Source: a virus. Taken from it: DNA of 64,000 nucleotides. Where the stretch lies: positions 1 through 64,000 of the IMG/VR virus record IMGVR_UViG_3300045450_000055. One strand, given 5' to 3'. A program made the position numbers and the translations under genes. A model generated the notes under the pieces. The model saw only the letters and a list, made by a program, of their open reading frames with translations. It ran no database searches and was not told the origin of the DNA. Each line of letters starts with the position of its first letter. Positions within the stretch are counted from its first letter, which is position 1. This document shows, piece by piece, positions 35,965 to 45,050 of the stretch.

Positions 35965-36420
35965 ATGAAGAAGCACAAGTTCAACTCGAACCAGTACGCC
36001 AAGAACGTAGATGCGCTGCCGGAGCTTTGCTTCGCCAAGTCGATCATGGAGGATGATGTACTGGTCGTCATCAAGCGCGGCGAGCGGGGCTACTACCCGG
36101 CCGACATGGTGAAGTACCCGCTGGCGACGGGTGAGACCAACGAGCAGCGCGTACGACGCCTCAACGAAAAGCTCGGCGTCACCACCGCCCAGCGCATGGC
36201 GATGGTGATGGGCTCGGTGGCCGGCTTCGATGTCGGGGGAGCCCATCCCAAGGAACACCGTGAACACGCCCTCGTCGAGGACCTGTTCAGCGTCAAGGAT
36301 GTTCTCGGTCACGAGGCCAAGCACATGTTCGAGTCTGGGGCGACCTACGACGAGGTACACGCCCGGATCAAGAGCATCGTCGAGCAGGCCGCGGTCGGCC
36401 GCGAGGAGTTGGTCGCATGA
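35965..36420 (+). CDS. hypothetical protein
   Basis: ATG after GGGAGAC; tail of track ORF 35869..36420. Confidence 0.65.
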   Translation: MKKHKFNSNQYAKNVDALPELCFAKSIMEDDVLVVIKRGERGYYPADMVKYPLATGETNEQRVRRLNEKLGVTTAQRMAMVMGSVAGFDVGGAHPKEHREHALVEDLFSVKDVLGHEAKHMFESGATYDEVHARIKSIVEQAAVGREELVA

Positions 36421-37055
36421 TCGAAGACGCCATCTACGTCAACGCCCGCGGCGTCGGCATCAGCGGCGGGTGGGCATCACTCGTCACTGGCGAACTCGTC
36501 TCGCACGGACCCGACCTGTCGCTGTTCGTCAAGTCGCGCTCGGACGCCTACAAGCTCGTGGACTGGATCACGCCCATGCCGGAGCGTAGCGACTCGATCA
36601 CCCTCCCCAAGCGCATCGATCGCGCCTATGTCGATTATCGCACCTCGGAGCCGAAATGGTTACAGGTTAAGCTCATCGTCGAGGAAGAGCATGAGGCGGT
36701 ACTGGAGCGACTGTATCAGGCGCTTGTGGCTCGTGACGGCTACCTGACACCCGGTCTCGTCAGGTGGGCAATCGACCCGGTATCGCTGGAGCCTCAATGC
36801 GCTCGGATCGGCCAGTGGTACGAGAAGCGGATCACCGAACTGACCGAGATGCTGGAGAAGACCCGCAACCAGCTTTCGACCATGGCGACGATCGTTACAC
36901 AGGGCAACCCGCTCGCCTACGAATCTGACGACGCTGCGGTGCTTCTACACGAGAGCGGTGTCGCCGACGCGCTGGTCCCCGAGATCACCAAGTTGCTCGA
37001 CAAGGAAGGTCGTTTCACGCCGACGTGGCCGATCATCCCGGAACTGACCGTCTAA
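36417..37055 (+). CDS. hypothetical protein
   Basis: track ORF; ATGA overlap. Confidence 0.65.
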   Translation: MIEDAIYVNARGVGISGGWASLVTGELVSHGPDLSLFVKSRSDAYKLVDWITPMPERSDSITLPKRIDRAYVDYRTSEPKWLQVKLIVEEEHEAVLERLYQALVARDGYLTPGLVRWAIDPVSLEPQCARIGQWYEKRITELTEMLEKTRNQLSTMATIVTQGNPLAYESDDAAVLLHESGVADALVPEITKLLDKEGRFTPTWPIIPELTV

Positions 37056-37153
37056 TGCCCCAGCCGGCCAGCCAGATACGCCTCCGGGTGATCGTCGGGC
37101 TGGTCGGCTTGCTTGCGGTCGTAGGTAGCTGCGGGATCGGCTGCATCTGGTGA
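37055..37153 (+). CDS. possible 32-aa single-TM peptide
   Basis: hand-translated MPQPASQIRLRVIVGLVGLLAVVGSCGIGCIW; TAATG coupling. Confidence 0.3.
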   Translation: MPQPASQIRLRVIVGLVGLLAVVGSCGIGCIW

Positions 37154-37165
37154 CTGTTATTTTGC

Positions 37166-37194
37166 TTGACACCGTGAGGTAGTCTAGCTAACAC
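37166..37194 (+). promoter_or_regulatory. class B promoter (TTGACA .. GCTAACAC)
   Basis: CTGTTATTTTGC-TTGACA-N15-GCTAACAC; twin of 14816..14843. Confidence 0.6.
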
Positions 37195-37200
37195 CGCGGC

Positions 37201-37803
37201 ATGGACACCAACGATTTCCCACTGTTTTCCCCGCCGGGCTGGCCGGAGGACACGATCGGCTTCTTCTCTGAAAAGGGGGAGCCACTTGCCTGTATCAAGG
37301 GTATTTCCTCCGAAGACACCAAGCCCATTTCGGTATTCGAATCAGTCCATGACGGTTTTCGACAGCATCTCGATCGCACGGCGCGTCCGCAGCAAGAGGT
37401 CAAGATCGACTACATTCCGATCGACCGGGACAACTTCCACGTCCGTCTCAAGCCGATCGAAGACGAGATTCGTGAGAGGATCGCGCGGCGTCATGACAAG
37501 AAGGTCCTCGACGCCATCGGCATCTCGACCACCCAGCAACAGCCCAGCGAACCACTGACGATCGACAAACTCATGGCTGACATCGATAGCATGTACGCCA
37601 AGAAACTAGAGATGGACAAGACGCTGATCCGGGCTCTGGTGGAGGCGGGTATCGACATCAAGGTCAGCGACACCAGTGGTCGGCCGACCTGCACCTTCCC
37701 GAAGAACATGGCCCGCGCCGTCGCGGAAGTCCGCAAGGAACTCCAGACCACGCCACTGGGATCGGTGTTCGATACCTTCACCAAGGGTATGATCCTGTCA
37801 TGA
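37201..37803 (+). CDS. hypothetical protein
   Basis: track ORF. Confidence 0.65.
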   Translation: MDTNDFPLFSPPGWPEDTIGFFSEKGEPLACIKGISSEDTKPISVFESVHDGFRQHLDRTARPQQEVKIDYIPIDRDNFHVRLKPIEDEIRERIARRHDKKVLDAIGISTTQQQPSEPLTIDKLMADIDSMYAKKLEMDKTLIRALVEAGIDIKVSDTSGRPTCTFPKNMARAVAEVRKELQTTPLGSVFDTFTKGMILS

Positions 37804-38384
37804 GCAAGCGCTTCGGCCGCAACCAGCGTCGCAGGCTCCGTGAGGAGGTCGCCCGTTTAACCTTAACCAAGGACTCGGCCATCGCCGCCATGGCGATCAT
37901 GGACATCGGCCCGTGGTTACCAGCGACGCCAAAGATCGCCCGGCTGGAGGACCTGTGCCTCTACTTCAAGGAGATCGAGGTCACCGAGAGCATGACCTAT
38001 CGCGGCATCCGCCGCAAGGCGAGGGTATCTCTCATCATTGATGACGCCACCTTTCGTCGTCTTAATGATGCTCACTATTCCTCCGTCGCTTGGCGGGGTA
38101 TCCAATGGAGGATGGATGCTGTCGATTACGACCACTATCGCGGACTTCGCGAAGAGAATGAGATCGAAATCGATCTCGACGCGATCGGAGCCGGCAACCG
38201 TCTCTGGCCCGACCTCACACCCGAACAGGTTGCAGCCCTCAAAGGCGAGCGGAGCGACTGGGATGCCGACGCATGGCGTCGTCTCTACCAAGCCCAGCCC
38301 CTCCCCAGCTACCGTCCTCGATCGATTGGCTCTGGAGGATATGATCGACTCTCTGGCGGTCGCGCCTCCTCCTTTGCCTTTTAA
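37800..38384 (+). CDS. hypothetical protein
   Basis: track ORF; ATGA overlap. Confidence 0.65.
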   Translation: MSKRFGRNQRRRLREEVARLTLTKDSAIAAMAIMDIGPWLPATPKIARLEDLCLYFKEIEVTESMTYRGIRRKARVSLIIDDATFRRLNDAHYSSVAWRGIQWRMDAVDYDHYRGLREENEIEIDLDAIGAGNRLWPDLTPEQVAALKGERSDWDADAWRRLYQAQPLPSYRPRSIGSGGYDRLSGGRASSFAF

Positions 38385-38473
38385 GCTCTTCGCCGCGGGT
38401 CCCCGTCAAGAGCAAATCTTCCGTAAATGTTACCCCGGCATCGAGATTGTCAGGGTGGAAAGGATACCTCACC

Positions 38474-38665
38474 ATGTCTGTTGAGCCCATGTATATCGTC
38501 TATGGTGGCGTCTTCAAGGACACCACGTTTCGGGAGATCGACAACAGGACGTACGAGCAGTACGGACCGTTCGAGACCTATCAGGAAGCCGTCAACGTCT
38601 GGCGAGGCAAGATGGGCCTTAACATCGACATCTGCGAACACCGGCTGTTCGTCTCTCCGGTATGA
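38474..38665 (+). CDS. DUF4170-like small protein
   Basis: MYIVYGGVFKDTTF..YGPFETYQEAVNVWRGK..D.CEHRLFV pattern (from memory). Confidence 0.5.
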   Translation: MSVEPMYIVYGGVFKDTTFREIDNRTYEQYGPFETYQEAVNVWRGKMGLNIDICEHRLFVSPV

Positions 38666-38916
38666 TGGTCCTCTCTGTAGCTCAGCAGAGGAAGGTAGGT
38701 GACGCCGCTCGACGCGTTGGCGGGTACGACGAACTGTCACGCCTAGCGAGCAAACATCGCCGGATCGTAGAATCCGGCGGCAAGCCAGTGGTGAAACGGC
38801 TCGCAGACGGTCGCTACGACGTGGAAGAGGATAAGGACGACGCACCACACCCCACACAGTCTGAAAACCGCCCTACGGGCATCCTACGCCGTTTTTGGCG
38901 CATCCTAAGGAGATGA
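38662..38916 (+). CDS. hypothetical protein
   Basis: track ORF; ATGA overlap. Confidence 0.55.
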   Translation: MMVLSVAQQRKVGDAARRVGGYDELSRLASKHRRIVESGGKPVVKRLADGRYDVEEDKDDAPHPTQSENRPTGILRRFWRILRR

Positions 38917-38917
38917 C

Positions 38918-39181
38918 ATGCACATTGACGTACCAGTAGCGAAAGGTGGTGTCATCATGCACGAAGGTGAACTCTATCTGGTCGAGGAAATTACCGTCCG
39001 GGCCAACATCACGCTCCAGAAGCTGGAGCCCCTGATCGATCGCTTCCAGCACTTCGAGAGCCACCTTCGTAGGTATGCTGACGAAGCGTTCGGACATAAC
39101 CCGGTCTTCGCTTTCCTCGAAGGAACGCCAACCGATCCCATCATCACGAACCTACAAGTTCTCACAACACCGAAGGACTGA
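38918..39181 (+). CDS. hypothetical protein
   Basis: track ORF. Confidence 0.6.
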   Translation: MHIDVPVAKGGVIMHEGELYLVEEITVRANITLQKLEPLIDRFQHFESHLRRYADEAFGHNPVFAFLEGTPTDPIITNLQVLTTPKD

Positions 39182-39182
39182 C

Positions 39183-39530
39183 ATGACTCCCAACGACATC
39201 GGCCCGCACCCCGACGCACCGGCCTCTTACTTCTTCATGGGCAAGCCTTCCGACTGGTCGGAAGAGGACTGTGGCAGTCTGGCGATCCGCCGGGTCGGAG
39301 CAACCGGCGAGATGCTGGTCGAGCCGGCCGCACGCATCATCCAAGACGACCTGCCGTCAGGGGACGCCATCTATCCTGCCTACCTGTCGCAGTGGACGGC
39401 CACGGAAGCGGAACGATCGCAGATCGCCGAACTGCTGGTGACCGGACAGCCGATCGAGTTCCGTACGCTTATCGCCGGCAATGCGCTGCCACCGATGTCG
39501 ATCTGGCTCCGCGGACACGGCGAAATCTGA
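39183..39530 (+). CDS. hypothetical protein
   Basis: internal ATG of track ORF 39075..39530. Confidence 0.6.
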   Translation: MTPNDIGPHPDAPASYFFMGKPSDWSEEDCGSLAIRRVGATGEMLVEPAARIIQDDLPSGDAIYPAYLSQWTATEAERSQIAELLVTGQPIEFRTLIAGNALPPMSIWLRGHGEI

Positions 39531-39766
39531 TGAGGGCGCTCTTCGATCACCAGCACCCACACTACGGCCAAGCCCTCAGCCTGAGGGTCTGCCTGTACCA
39601 CCTTCTTGGCGAGGAGTACGAATCCCTCCACGAGACGTATCACGACATCCGCGGGGAATACTGGGACCAGACCCTTTCCCGCTGGCTGGACGACGATGCG
39701 GACGTGGGTAGGCAGGTCTATTTCCGCGCCATCGTCACTCGCTTCATGATGCTGGTGAACGACTGA
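39530..39766 (+). CDS. hypothetical protein
   Basis: TGATG coupling; tail of track ORF 39392..39766. Confidence 0.6.
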   Translation: MRALFDHQHPHYGQALSLRVCLYHLLGEEYESLHETYHDIRGEYWDQTLSRWLDDDADVGRQVYFRAIVTRFMMLVND

Positions 39767-39772
39767 AACGAA

Positions 39773-39806
39773 CTGAGCCCCGCACCATCGCTGGTACGGG
39801 GCTCAG
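39773..39806. terminator. bidirectional terminator at the convergent junction
   Basis: CTGAGCCCCG-14 nt-CGGGGCTCAG between the plus and minus blocks. Confidence 0.65.
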
Positions 39807-39869
39807 CCACCGAACGGAACATGCGGGAGGCACCTTCCGCGATCTACCTAGCCGGCAAATAAGCCGGCG

Positions 39870-40115
39870 TCAAGCGTCGGCTAATTCCTTGGCGTGCATA
39901 TCCGCCAACTCCGCCATGACCTTGATCCCGTACTTATCGGCATAGGTCATGAGGATCGTCACGTAGAACGGTGCGCCTTCCGCTTCCCAGCGACGCGTCG
40001 CCCGGCCCTTCGACGAGAACCCCAGCAACTGATCGAGCCGCGCCTGATCGAGGCCGTGGCGTTCGCGGAAATCGCGAACGTCGCCGGCAGGCGTCTTGAG
40101 CGGAATGTCGGACAT
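39870..40115 (-). CDS. XRE-family helix-turn-helix protein
   Basis: VRDFRERHGLDQARLDQLLGFSSKGRATRRWE; TGATG coupling to upstream gene. Confidence 0.6.
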   Translation of the reverse strand: MSDIPLKTPAGDVRDFRERHGLDQARLDQLLGFSSKGRATRRWEAEGAPFYVTILMTYADKYGIKVMAELADMHAKELADA

Positions 40116-40813
40116 CAGTGTTTCCCTTTCACAGGATCGGGACGAGACCATCCCCACGTCGCCGCGGCATGATCCTGCTGCTCGGCGACGCGCCGGTATA
40201 CCTCTTCCATCGTGATCGGCGTATAATCTATGTGTTCCATCGAGACACACAAGTAGGCCGGGTCGATCTCCTCGGTTGACCAGTTCCCGCGCCCATGCTT
40301 AGAAAAATCTGAGTGCCTGATCGTCTGCATGACGCGATCGGTGTGCAGGTGACCGTGGACGTTCGCCTTCCAGCGCTCCTTGACCGACGCCGGATGAAGC
40401 GGGATATGTGAGCAGATCAGATCGTCGAACACTTTGTACGCGGTGATCTCCTCGAAATACTCCGCGTAGTCGGCGTTGTTCTTGCGAACGAAGATGTCAT
40501 GGTTGCCCATACGGAGACGCAGACGGCCATTGAGGCGGCCGAGGATGTGACGAGCCGTACGGCCGATGAACACGTCGCCCAGCACCTCCACCTTGTCCTT
40601 GGGACCGACGACAGCGTTCCAGCGCTCGACCATCGCTTCGTCCATGGCCGCGACGCGCTCCATGACCTCCGCTTCGGTGATAAGGCCCTCCTCGATACCA
40701 CGCTTGCCGACAGGCGCACCCCACGGCCGGATCGGGCGACCGTCCGGCGTCGTGAACATGACCATGCCCCGGTGGCTGAAATGGGGGTCGGCGCAAAAGA
40801 AACGCTCAGCCAC
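40115..40813 (-). CDS. calcineurin-like metallophosphoesterase
   Basis: FFCADPHFSH, GDVF, GNHD, GHLH motifs; GTG start preferred over track TTG 40837. Confidence 0.75.
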   Translation of the reverse strand: MAERFFCADPHFSHRGMVMFTTPDGRPIRPWGAPVGKRGIEEGLITEAEVMERVAAMDEAMVERWNAVVGPKDKVEVLGDVFIGRTARHILGRLNGRLRLRMGNHDIFVRKNNADYAEYFEEITAYKVFDDLICSHIPLHPASVKERWKANVHGHLHTDRVMQTIRHSDFSKHGRGNWSTEEIDPAYLCVSMEHIDYTPITMEEVYRRVAEQQDHAAATWGWSRPDPVKGKH

Positions 40814-41078
40814 GGCGACCACCGAACTCGGCCACAAGCTGACCGGCAGTGCGAATCATCGAACTGAGCTTGGGGCCGTTCTCGGTGAAGAGATGTGCCG
40901 CACGCTCGTCGAACTCACCGCTACGGGGCTCACTACCCTTGATCGTCTCTCTCGTCCGGCGAAGAGCCCGGAGAGCAGGACCGATGGCCCAGTCATAATC
41001 GTAATAGAAGGTGCCCTCCTCGATACGATGGATGACCTCATCCAGTGTCGTCTCTTCGCGTAGTGATTCGTCTGCTAT
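40806..41078 (-). CDS. hypothetical protein (90 codons) with no canonical start; candidate ATA initiation
   Basis: not in track; open frame IADESLREETTLDEVIHRIEEGTFYYDYDW..; GGGAGG 5 nt upstream of ATA; stop overlaps next GTG. Confidence 0.5.
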   Translation of the reverse strand: MADESLREETTLDEVIHRIEEGTFYYDYDWAIGPALRALRRTRETIKGSEPRSGEFDERAAHLFTENGPKLSSMIRTAGQLVAEFGGRRG

Positions 41079-41108
41079 GTCAGCCTCCCGTGGTAGATCG
41101 ATGATCCA

Positions 41109-41136
41109 GACATACGTCCACCGGAAGATTTGTCAA
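41109..41136 (-). promoter_or_regulatory. minus-strand promoter
   Basis: TTGACA-N16-TATGTC; spacer holds CCGGAAGATTTG (class A core) on the opposite strand. Confidence 0.5.
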
Positions 41137-41140
41137 CGAA

Positions 41141-41175
41141 AAAGGCCGCGGCGATCGGTGATCGCCGCGGCCTTT
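41141..41175 (-). terminator. palindromic rho-independent terminator
   Basis: AAAGGCCGCGGCGATC-ggt-GATCGCCGCGGCCTTT; T-run on minus strand. Confidence 0.8.
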
Positions 41176-41193
41176 GCCGTACTGGTGAAGGAA

Positions 41194-41577
41194 TTAGCCC
41201 GCTGCTGGAGCGGAGCCGGCGTCCGAAGGCTTGTCAGCAGTACGGCCGAAGGTCGGCATGACCAACCGCCACATGTCGGCGAAAACCTTGATCGGCGAGT
41301 CCTTGAACTCTTCCGACGCCTTGAACAGACCGAAGATGACGTTCTCTGCCATGATCGCCGCAACACCGCAGATCGGGTATACCCACTTAGAACCTTCGAA
41401 CACATGTCCGGCAAGCGAAGCACCGGCACCGCCCAGCAGGCACGATAGAATAAGACGCCACCACACACGGCGGGTCCCTGAGAGGATCGACTGGAGGAGA
41501 ACAAGCATTGAACCACCGGCAGCGATCCACATCTCATGCTGAACCTGCGGGTTACGCAGGAAGGTGAAGTCAAACAC
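41194..41577 (-). CDS. membrane protein (3 TM), holin-like size
   Basis: track ORF; hydrophobic helices; no family recognised. Confidence 0.6.
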   Translation of the reverse strand: MFDFTFLRNPQVQHEMWIAAGGSMLVLLQSILSGTRRVWWRLILSCLLGGAGASLAGHVFEGSKWVYPICGVAAIMAENVIFGLFKASEEFKDSPIKVFADMWRLVMPTFGRTADKPSDAGSAPAAG

Positions 41578-41926
41578 GGTCAGGACCCCAAAGGTTCTCG
41601 GTGCCGCTGCCGCGACGCTTGAGAGTGAAATGAATGTAGATGTGCGCCGCGGTGAGCAAGATACCTACAGCGGCGTGAATGGAGAACCACTTTTGGATGC
41701 TGTATCCGACACCCCATTCCGGAGTAGCTGCGTACTGGATACAGGCGATGGTATGGGCGAGCGAGAACATGGTCGAGAATGTCACCCAGACATACAGAAG
41801 GGCATTGCGCTGACCCTTAATGATGTCTACAGGCTCGTAATCCCAGCGCTTACCGGAACCTACGGCGACGATGCCTGTGATTAGCGCCATAGCGCTGAAA
41901 AAGATGGCTGCGTAAACGAAGCCCAT
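41570..41926 (-). CDS. membrane protein (4 TM)
   Basis: track ORF; 8-nt overlap with downstream gene. Confidence 0.6.
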   Translation of the reverse strand: MGFVYAAIFFSAMALITGIVAVGSGKRWDYEPVDIIKGQRNALLYVWVTFSTMFSLAHTIACIQYAATPEWGVGYSIQKWFSIHAAVGILLTAAHIYIHFTLKRRGSGTENLWGPDRV

Positions 41927-41976
41927 TGCGGAATCCTTACAGGGAGCGCAGGGCTCGGAACCTGCAAAGATCGCGC

Positions 41977-42005
41977 ATTATAGACCAAGCAAGTCTAAAA
42001 GGCAA
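41977..42005 (-). promoter_or_regulatory. minus-strand promoter with consensus -10
   Basis: TTGCCT-N17-TATAAT. Confidence 0.65.
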
Positions 42006-42034
42006 GAAAAAAGGCTCCTGAAACAGGAACCTTT
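42006..42034 (-). terminator. rho-independent terminator
   Basis: GGTTCCTG-tttc-AGGAGCC + TTTTTTC on minus strand. Confidence 0.65.
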
Positions 42035-42057
42035 CTTCTTCCAACCTTTCCAGCAGG

Positions 42058-42225
42058 TTAACCACGCCACCCTTTGGTAAGGTGATATTCCTGCATCTGG
42101 CCCGTCTTGGGGTTCATCTTGAGGATCACCCTTGCACAGGGAGTACCACCTTCACCCATACCGGGACCCACATAGTGATCGGTAAGTTTCCTCTGTCGGC
42201 GTAACTTACGCTGTAGTCCGCTCAT
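42058..42225 (-). CDS. hypothetical small basic protein (55 aa, below track cutoff)
   Basis: hand-translated MSGLQRKLRRQRKLTDHYVGPGMGEGG..; ATGA overlap. Confidence 0.5.
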   Translation of the reverse strand: MSGLQRKLRRQRKLTDHYVGPGMGEGGTPCARVILKMNPKTGQMQEYHLTKGWRG

Positions 42226-42611
42226 CCCTGCTTCCCTTTCTTCCTGTTCAGTATCCTGCGAAGAACAGTTCCCCCCATTGAACCGGGCTTATATCGCAAG
42301 ATCATGGCACCATAGGTCGGTGTAATCTCGTGTAGGTAACGAAGTTCAACTAGATCGGCTAGGTCTTGTGCGAACTCCTCTGGCTGGAGCCGGGTAATAG
42401 CTGCAATTTCTTGAACCCTTGGGAACGTCCTGCCCTCAGAAATCTTGATACACAACTCTACCGCCATCAGCAATTTCAGATGTCGCATTGATAGCTTGCG
42501 GCTGTTGAAGTGTTCCAGACCCTTAATCATTGCTTGGAGTGTCATGACTTCGGGGTCTGCGGAGGCTATTTCAATTGGGCCTCCGATTGAGCTTCCCGAG
42601 GTCTTTGGCAT
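42222..42611 (-). CDS. possible winged-helix (MarR-like) DNA-binding protein
   Basis: GGAG 6 nt before ATG 42611; ..RVQEIAAITRLQPEEFAQDLADLVELRYL.. Confidence 0.4.
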   Translation of the reverse strand: MPKTSGSSIGGPIEIASADPEVMTLQAMIKGLEHFNSRKLSMRHLKLLMAVELCIKISEGRTFPRVQEIAAITRLQPEEFAQDLADLVELRYLHEITPTYGAMILRYKPGSMGGTVLRRILNRKKGKQG

Positions 42612-43017
42612 CCACTGCTCCGTACGAGTCACACATTTCACCGACGTGCCGGCAGATAGCTTCGTAGATAGTAGGGGCTCGCTGCGGAAGCTCAGCCCGT
42701 TCCAGACCAAGGCTGACCTTGCCATCGTCCGTCACAGGAATGACGATCGTCTTACCAGACTTGAGGTGCCGCCAAAGCTCCTCCAACGTCCCCAGAACTT
42801 CGTCGAGATCAGCTTCGCTATCGTCCTTGAAGAACGATCCCGGCGACATCGACGGCTTGCGCTTGGTCGGGACACCGAAGGCGTTGGGCTCATCGCGGAT
42901 GATCGCTTGACCACCCTTCCCGAACCCCCGCAGATTGTCCCCGAACACGAACAGTTTTTCGGGGTGGAGTTGACACAGAGCCGGCGTCAGCCAGCCTGAG
43001 TACCTGATTACGCCCAT
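42571..43017 (-). CDS. hypothetical protein with FGDNxxGxGxGGQA..NAFGVPTK motif
   Basis: internal ATG of track ORF 42571..43263, 4 nt after upstream stop. Confidence 0.6.
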   Translation of the reverse strand: MGVIRYSGWLTPALCQLHPEKLFVFGDNLRGFGKGGQAIIRDEPNAFGVPTKRKPSMSPGSFFKDDSEADLDEVLGTLEELWRHLKSGKTIVIPVTDDGKVSLGLERAELPQRAPTIYEAICRHVGEMCDSYGAVDAKDLGKLNRRPN

Positions 43018-43021
43018 CGAC

Positions 43022-43291
43022 TTAATCCTCGTCCTCTTCCTCAAAACGACGCGGATCATAACCCCGCGGCACGACGCCTTCGTACCCTTGGGCGATGATG
43101 TCATCGACATCACCACTGGCCGGGCCGAAAGCCGATTGGGCTTCTCCATGGTAATACCGCAGATAGGCCAATTCTTCGGCGTCGGTGACTGTGCAGGGAT
43201 GGGAAAGCAAAAGCTGCCCAGCACTGTTCCAGTCACCAGCGCCACAGCGAATACAATCGCCATGCTGCATGATATGGCTGGCGTCGATCAT
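43022..43291 (-). CDS. hypothetical protein
   Basis: track ORF. Confidence 0.6.
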   Translation of the reverse strand: MIDASHIMQHGDCIRCGAGDWNSAGQLLLSHPCTVTDAEELAYLRYYHGEAQSAFGPASGDVDDIIAQGYEGVVPRGYDPRRFEEEDED

Positions 43292-43509
43292 TGTTCAAGC
43301 GTCCTCATAATTTCCCCAGCCAAGAACGCCTGTCCGGCTTCGGTCAGGACGAACTCGGCATCCCAAAGAGATGAGCGATAACGGGGAGTGAAACGGAAGT
43401 AGCTAGGATGCTTCTGATACAGCATCATTAGCGCCGCCTTGAGCGGTTCGTGGGCCGATGCCGGTACAAGGATTTCCGCTTCTTCGCGGGTGTCTGGCAG
43501 CAAGCTCAT
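43288..43509 (-). CDS. hypothetical protein
   Basis: internal ATG of track ORF 43288..43533; ATGA coupling. Confidence 0.55.
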   Translation of the reverse strand: MSLLPDTREEAEILVPASAHEPLKAALMMLYQKHPSYFRFTPRYRSSLWDAEFVLTEAGQAFLAGEIMRTLEQ

Positions 43510-43619
43510 CGATCGATGCTCCTCTTCGCCCACATCACAAGCTCATCGAGCTTCGTCAGGGCGGCTGACTTGGACCGCTGATCGACATCACCCGGCATCG
43601 CATTGAGGAAGTCACGCAT
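43506..43619 (-). CDS. possible 37-aa protein
   Basis: hand-translated MRDFLNAMPGDVDQRSKSAALTKLDELVMWAKRSIDR; coupled both ends. Confidence 0.4.
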   Translation of the reverse strand: MRDFLNAMPGDVDQRSKSAALTKLDELVMWAKRSIDR

Positions 43620-43745
43620 CTAACATTCACGCTGCCAGAGCATGGACATGAGAGTGCGTTCCTCCGCCGTACGTTCCCGTAACGGCTCGATCAGATGGTT
43701 CGGATTGTTGTCGGCATGGCGATTGCCGAGATGTCCGTTGTACAT
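43620..43745 (-). CDS. possible 41-aa protein
   Basis: hand-translated MYNGHLGNRHADNNPNHLIEPLRERTAEERTLMSMLWQREC; starts 3 nt after rtcB stop. Confidence 0.4.
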   Translation of the reverse strand: MYNGHLGNRHADNNPNHLIEPLRERTAEERTLMSMLWQREC

Positions 43746-43748
43746 GGA

Positions 43749-45050
43749 TCAGCCCTTGACGTTGACGACCTGCTTGAGCGAGTAGACGATCTCGACGAGA
43801 TCGGACTGCGCCGCCATCACGGCCCCGATGTTCTTGTACGCAGCCGGGCTCTCGTCGATGACATCGGCGTCCTTGCGGCACTCGACGCCAGCGGTCGCCT
43901 TGGCGTGGTCCTCCAGCGAGATCATCTTCTTGGCCTGCGTCCGGCTCATCACGCGCCCCGCGCCGTGGCTGCAAGAGCAGAACGACTCCGAGTTGCCGAG
44001 ACCGCGGACGATGAAGCTGCCGGTCGCCATCGAGCCGGGGATGATCCCCATGGTGCCCTCACGGGCCTGCACGGCACCCTTGCGGGTCACCAGCACCGGC
44101 TCGCCGAAGTGCTGCTCCTTGGTGACGTAATTGTGATGGCAGTTGATCGCCACTTCCGTCAGCGCGAACGGCGGGATGTAGTTGCGATCGACCAGCGTCT
44201 GGAGCGCCTTGACGACCGCGGCCATCATGGCGTTGCGGTTCTCGCGAGCATAGTCCTGACCGAGACCCACACCTTCCATGTAGTCGTCATACATGACATC
44301 ACCCTCCGTCAGGAACGCAAGGTCCTGATCGGGGAGGAAGGTCTGCATGTGCCGACGCGCCATGTCCTCCTTGGCTCGCTCGATGAAGAACGAGCCGATC
44401 TTGTTGCCGACACCACGCGATCCGGAGTGCAGCATCAGCCACACGTCGTCGTTCTCGTCCAGACACACCTCGATGAAGTGGTTGCCGGTGCCGAGCGTAC
44501 CCAACTGGTGGGCCGGCGACTTGTGCATTTTGAGCTTCGGATACTTGGCGAGGATCGCATCATAGCGCTCGGCCAGACTGAACTCGGTAACACGATAGGG
44601 GACACCGAAGGTCGGCTTGCCGTTGAACCAGCGGTTTTCGATGGTCTCCGGCACGCCACCCCACGACCCCGGATCGCGACCGCTGCTGATCTGCTGCTGC
44701 GTGCCCCGGCCGTGCGGAACCGCGCGCTCGATCGCATCACGCATCTCGAACAGGTTGTCGGGAAGCTGATCGGCCCGGAGGGTAGTCTTGATCGCCATCA
44801 TGCCGCAGCCGATGTCAACGCCGACCGCCGCAGGGACGACCGCGCCCTTGGTGGCGAACACCGTACCGACCGTGGAGCCAATACCAGCATGTGCATCCGG
44901 CATGACAGCGACATGCTTAAACACGAAAGGCATCCGGGCCATATTGCGAATTTGCTCGATCGCCTGCCTCTCGAAAGGGATGCCGTCCGGCTCCCACATC
45001 TTCATGAGGCCCTTGGCCCCGTTGATCCGCTCGACCTGCTCTACGCGCAT
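43749..45050 (-). CDS. rtcB: RtcB RNA 3'-phosphate ligase
   Basis: ..MPDAHAGIGSTVG.., ..DIGCGM.., ..GTGNHFIE.., ..HSGSRGVGN.., ..NCHHNY.., ..PGSM.., ..SHGAGR..; ATG after GGGAGAC. Confidence 0.9.
   Translation of the reverse strand: MRVEQVERINGAKGLMKMWEPDGIPFERQAIEQIRNMARMPFVFKHVAVMPDAHAGIGSTVGTVFATKGAVVPAAVGVDIGCGMMAIKTTLRADQLPDNLFEMRDAIERAVPHGRGTQQQISSGRDPGSWGGVPETIENRWFNGKPTFGVPYRVTEFSLAERYDAILAKYPKLKMHKSPAHQLGTLGTGNHFIEVCLDENDDVWLMLHSGSRGVGNKIGSFFIERAKEDMARRHMQTFLPDQDLAFLTEGDVMYDDYMEGVGLGQDYARENRNAMMAAVVKALQTLVDRNYIPPFALTEVAINCHHNYVTKEQHFGEPVLVTRKGAVQAREGTMGIIPGSMATGSFIVRGLGNSESFCSCSHGAGRVMSRTQAKKMISLEDHAKATAGVECRKDADVIDESPAAYKNIGAVMAAQSDLVEIVYSLKQVVNVKG

Noticed and set aside
41194-41926. 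Calling the two membrane proteins a holin/antiholin pair
   Set aside because: Only size and TM count support the call. They lie about 24 kb from the lysozyme, on the other strand, and I recognised no family motif.
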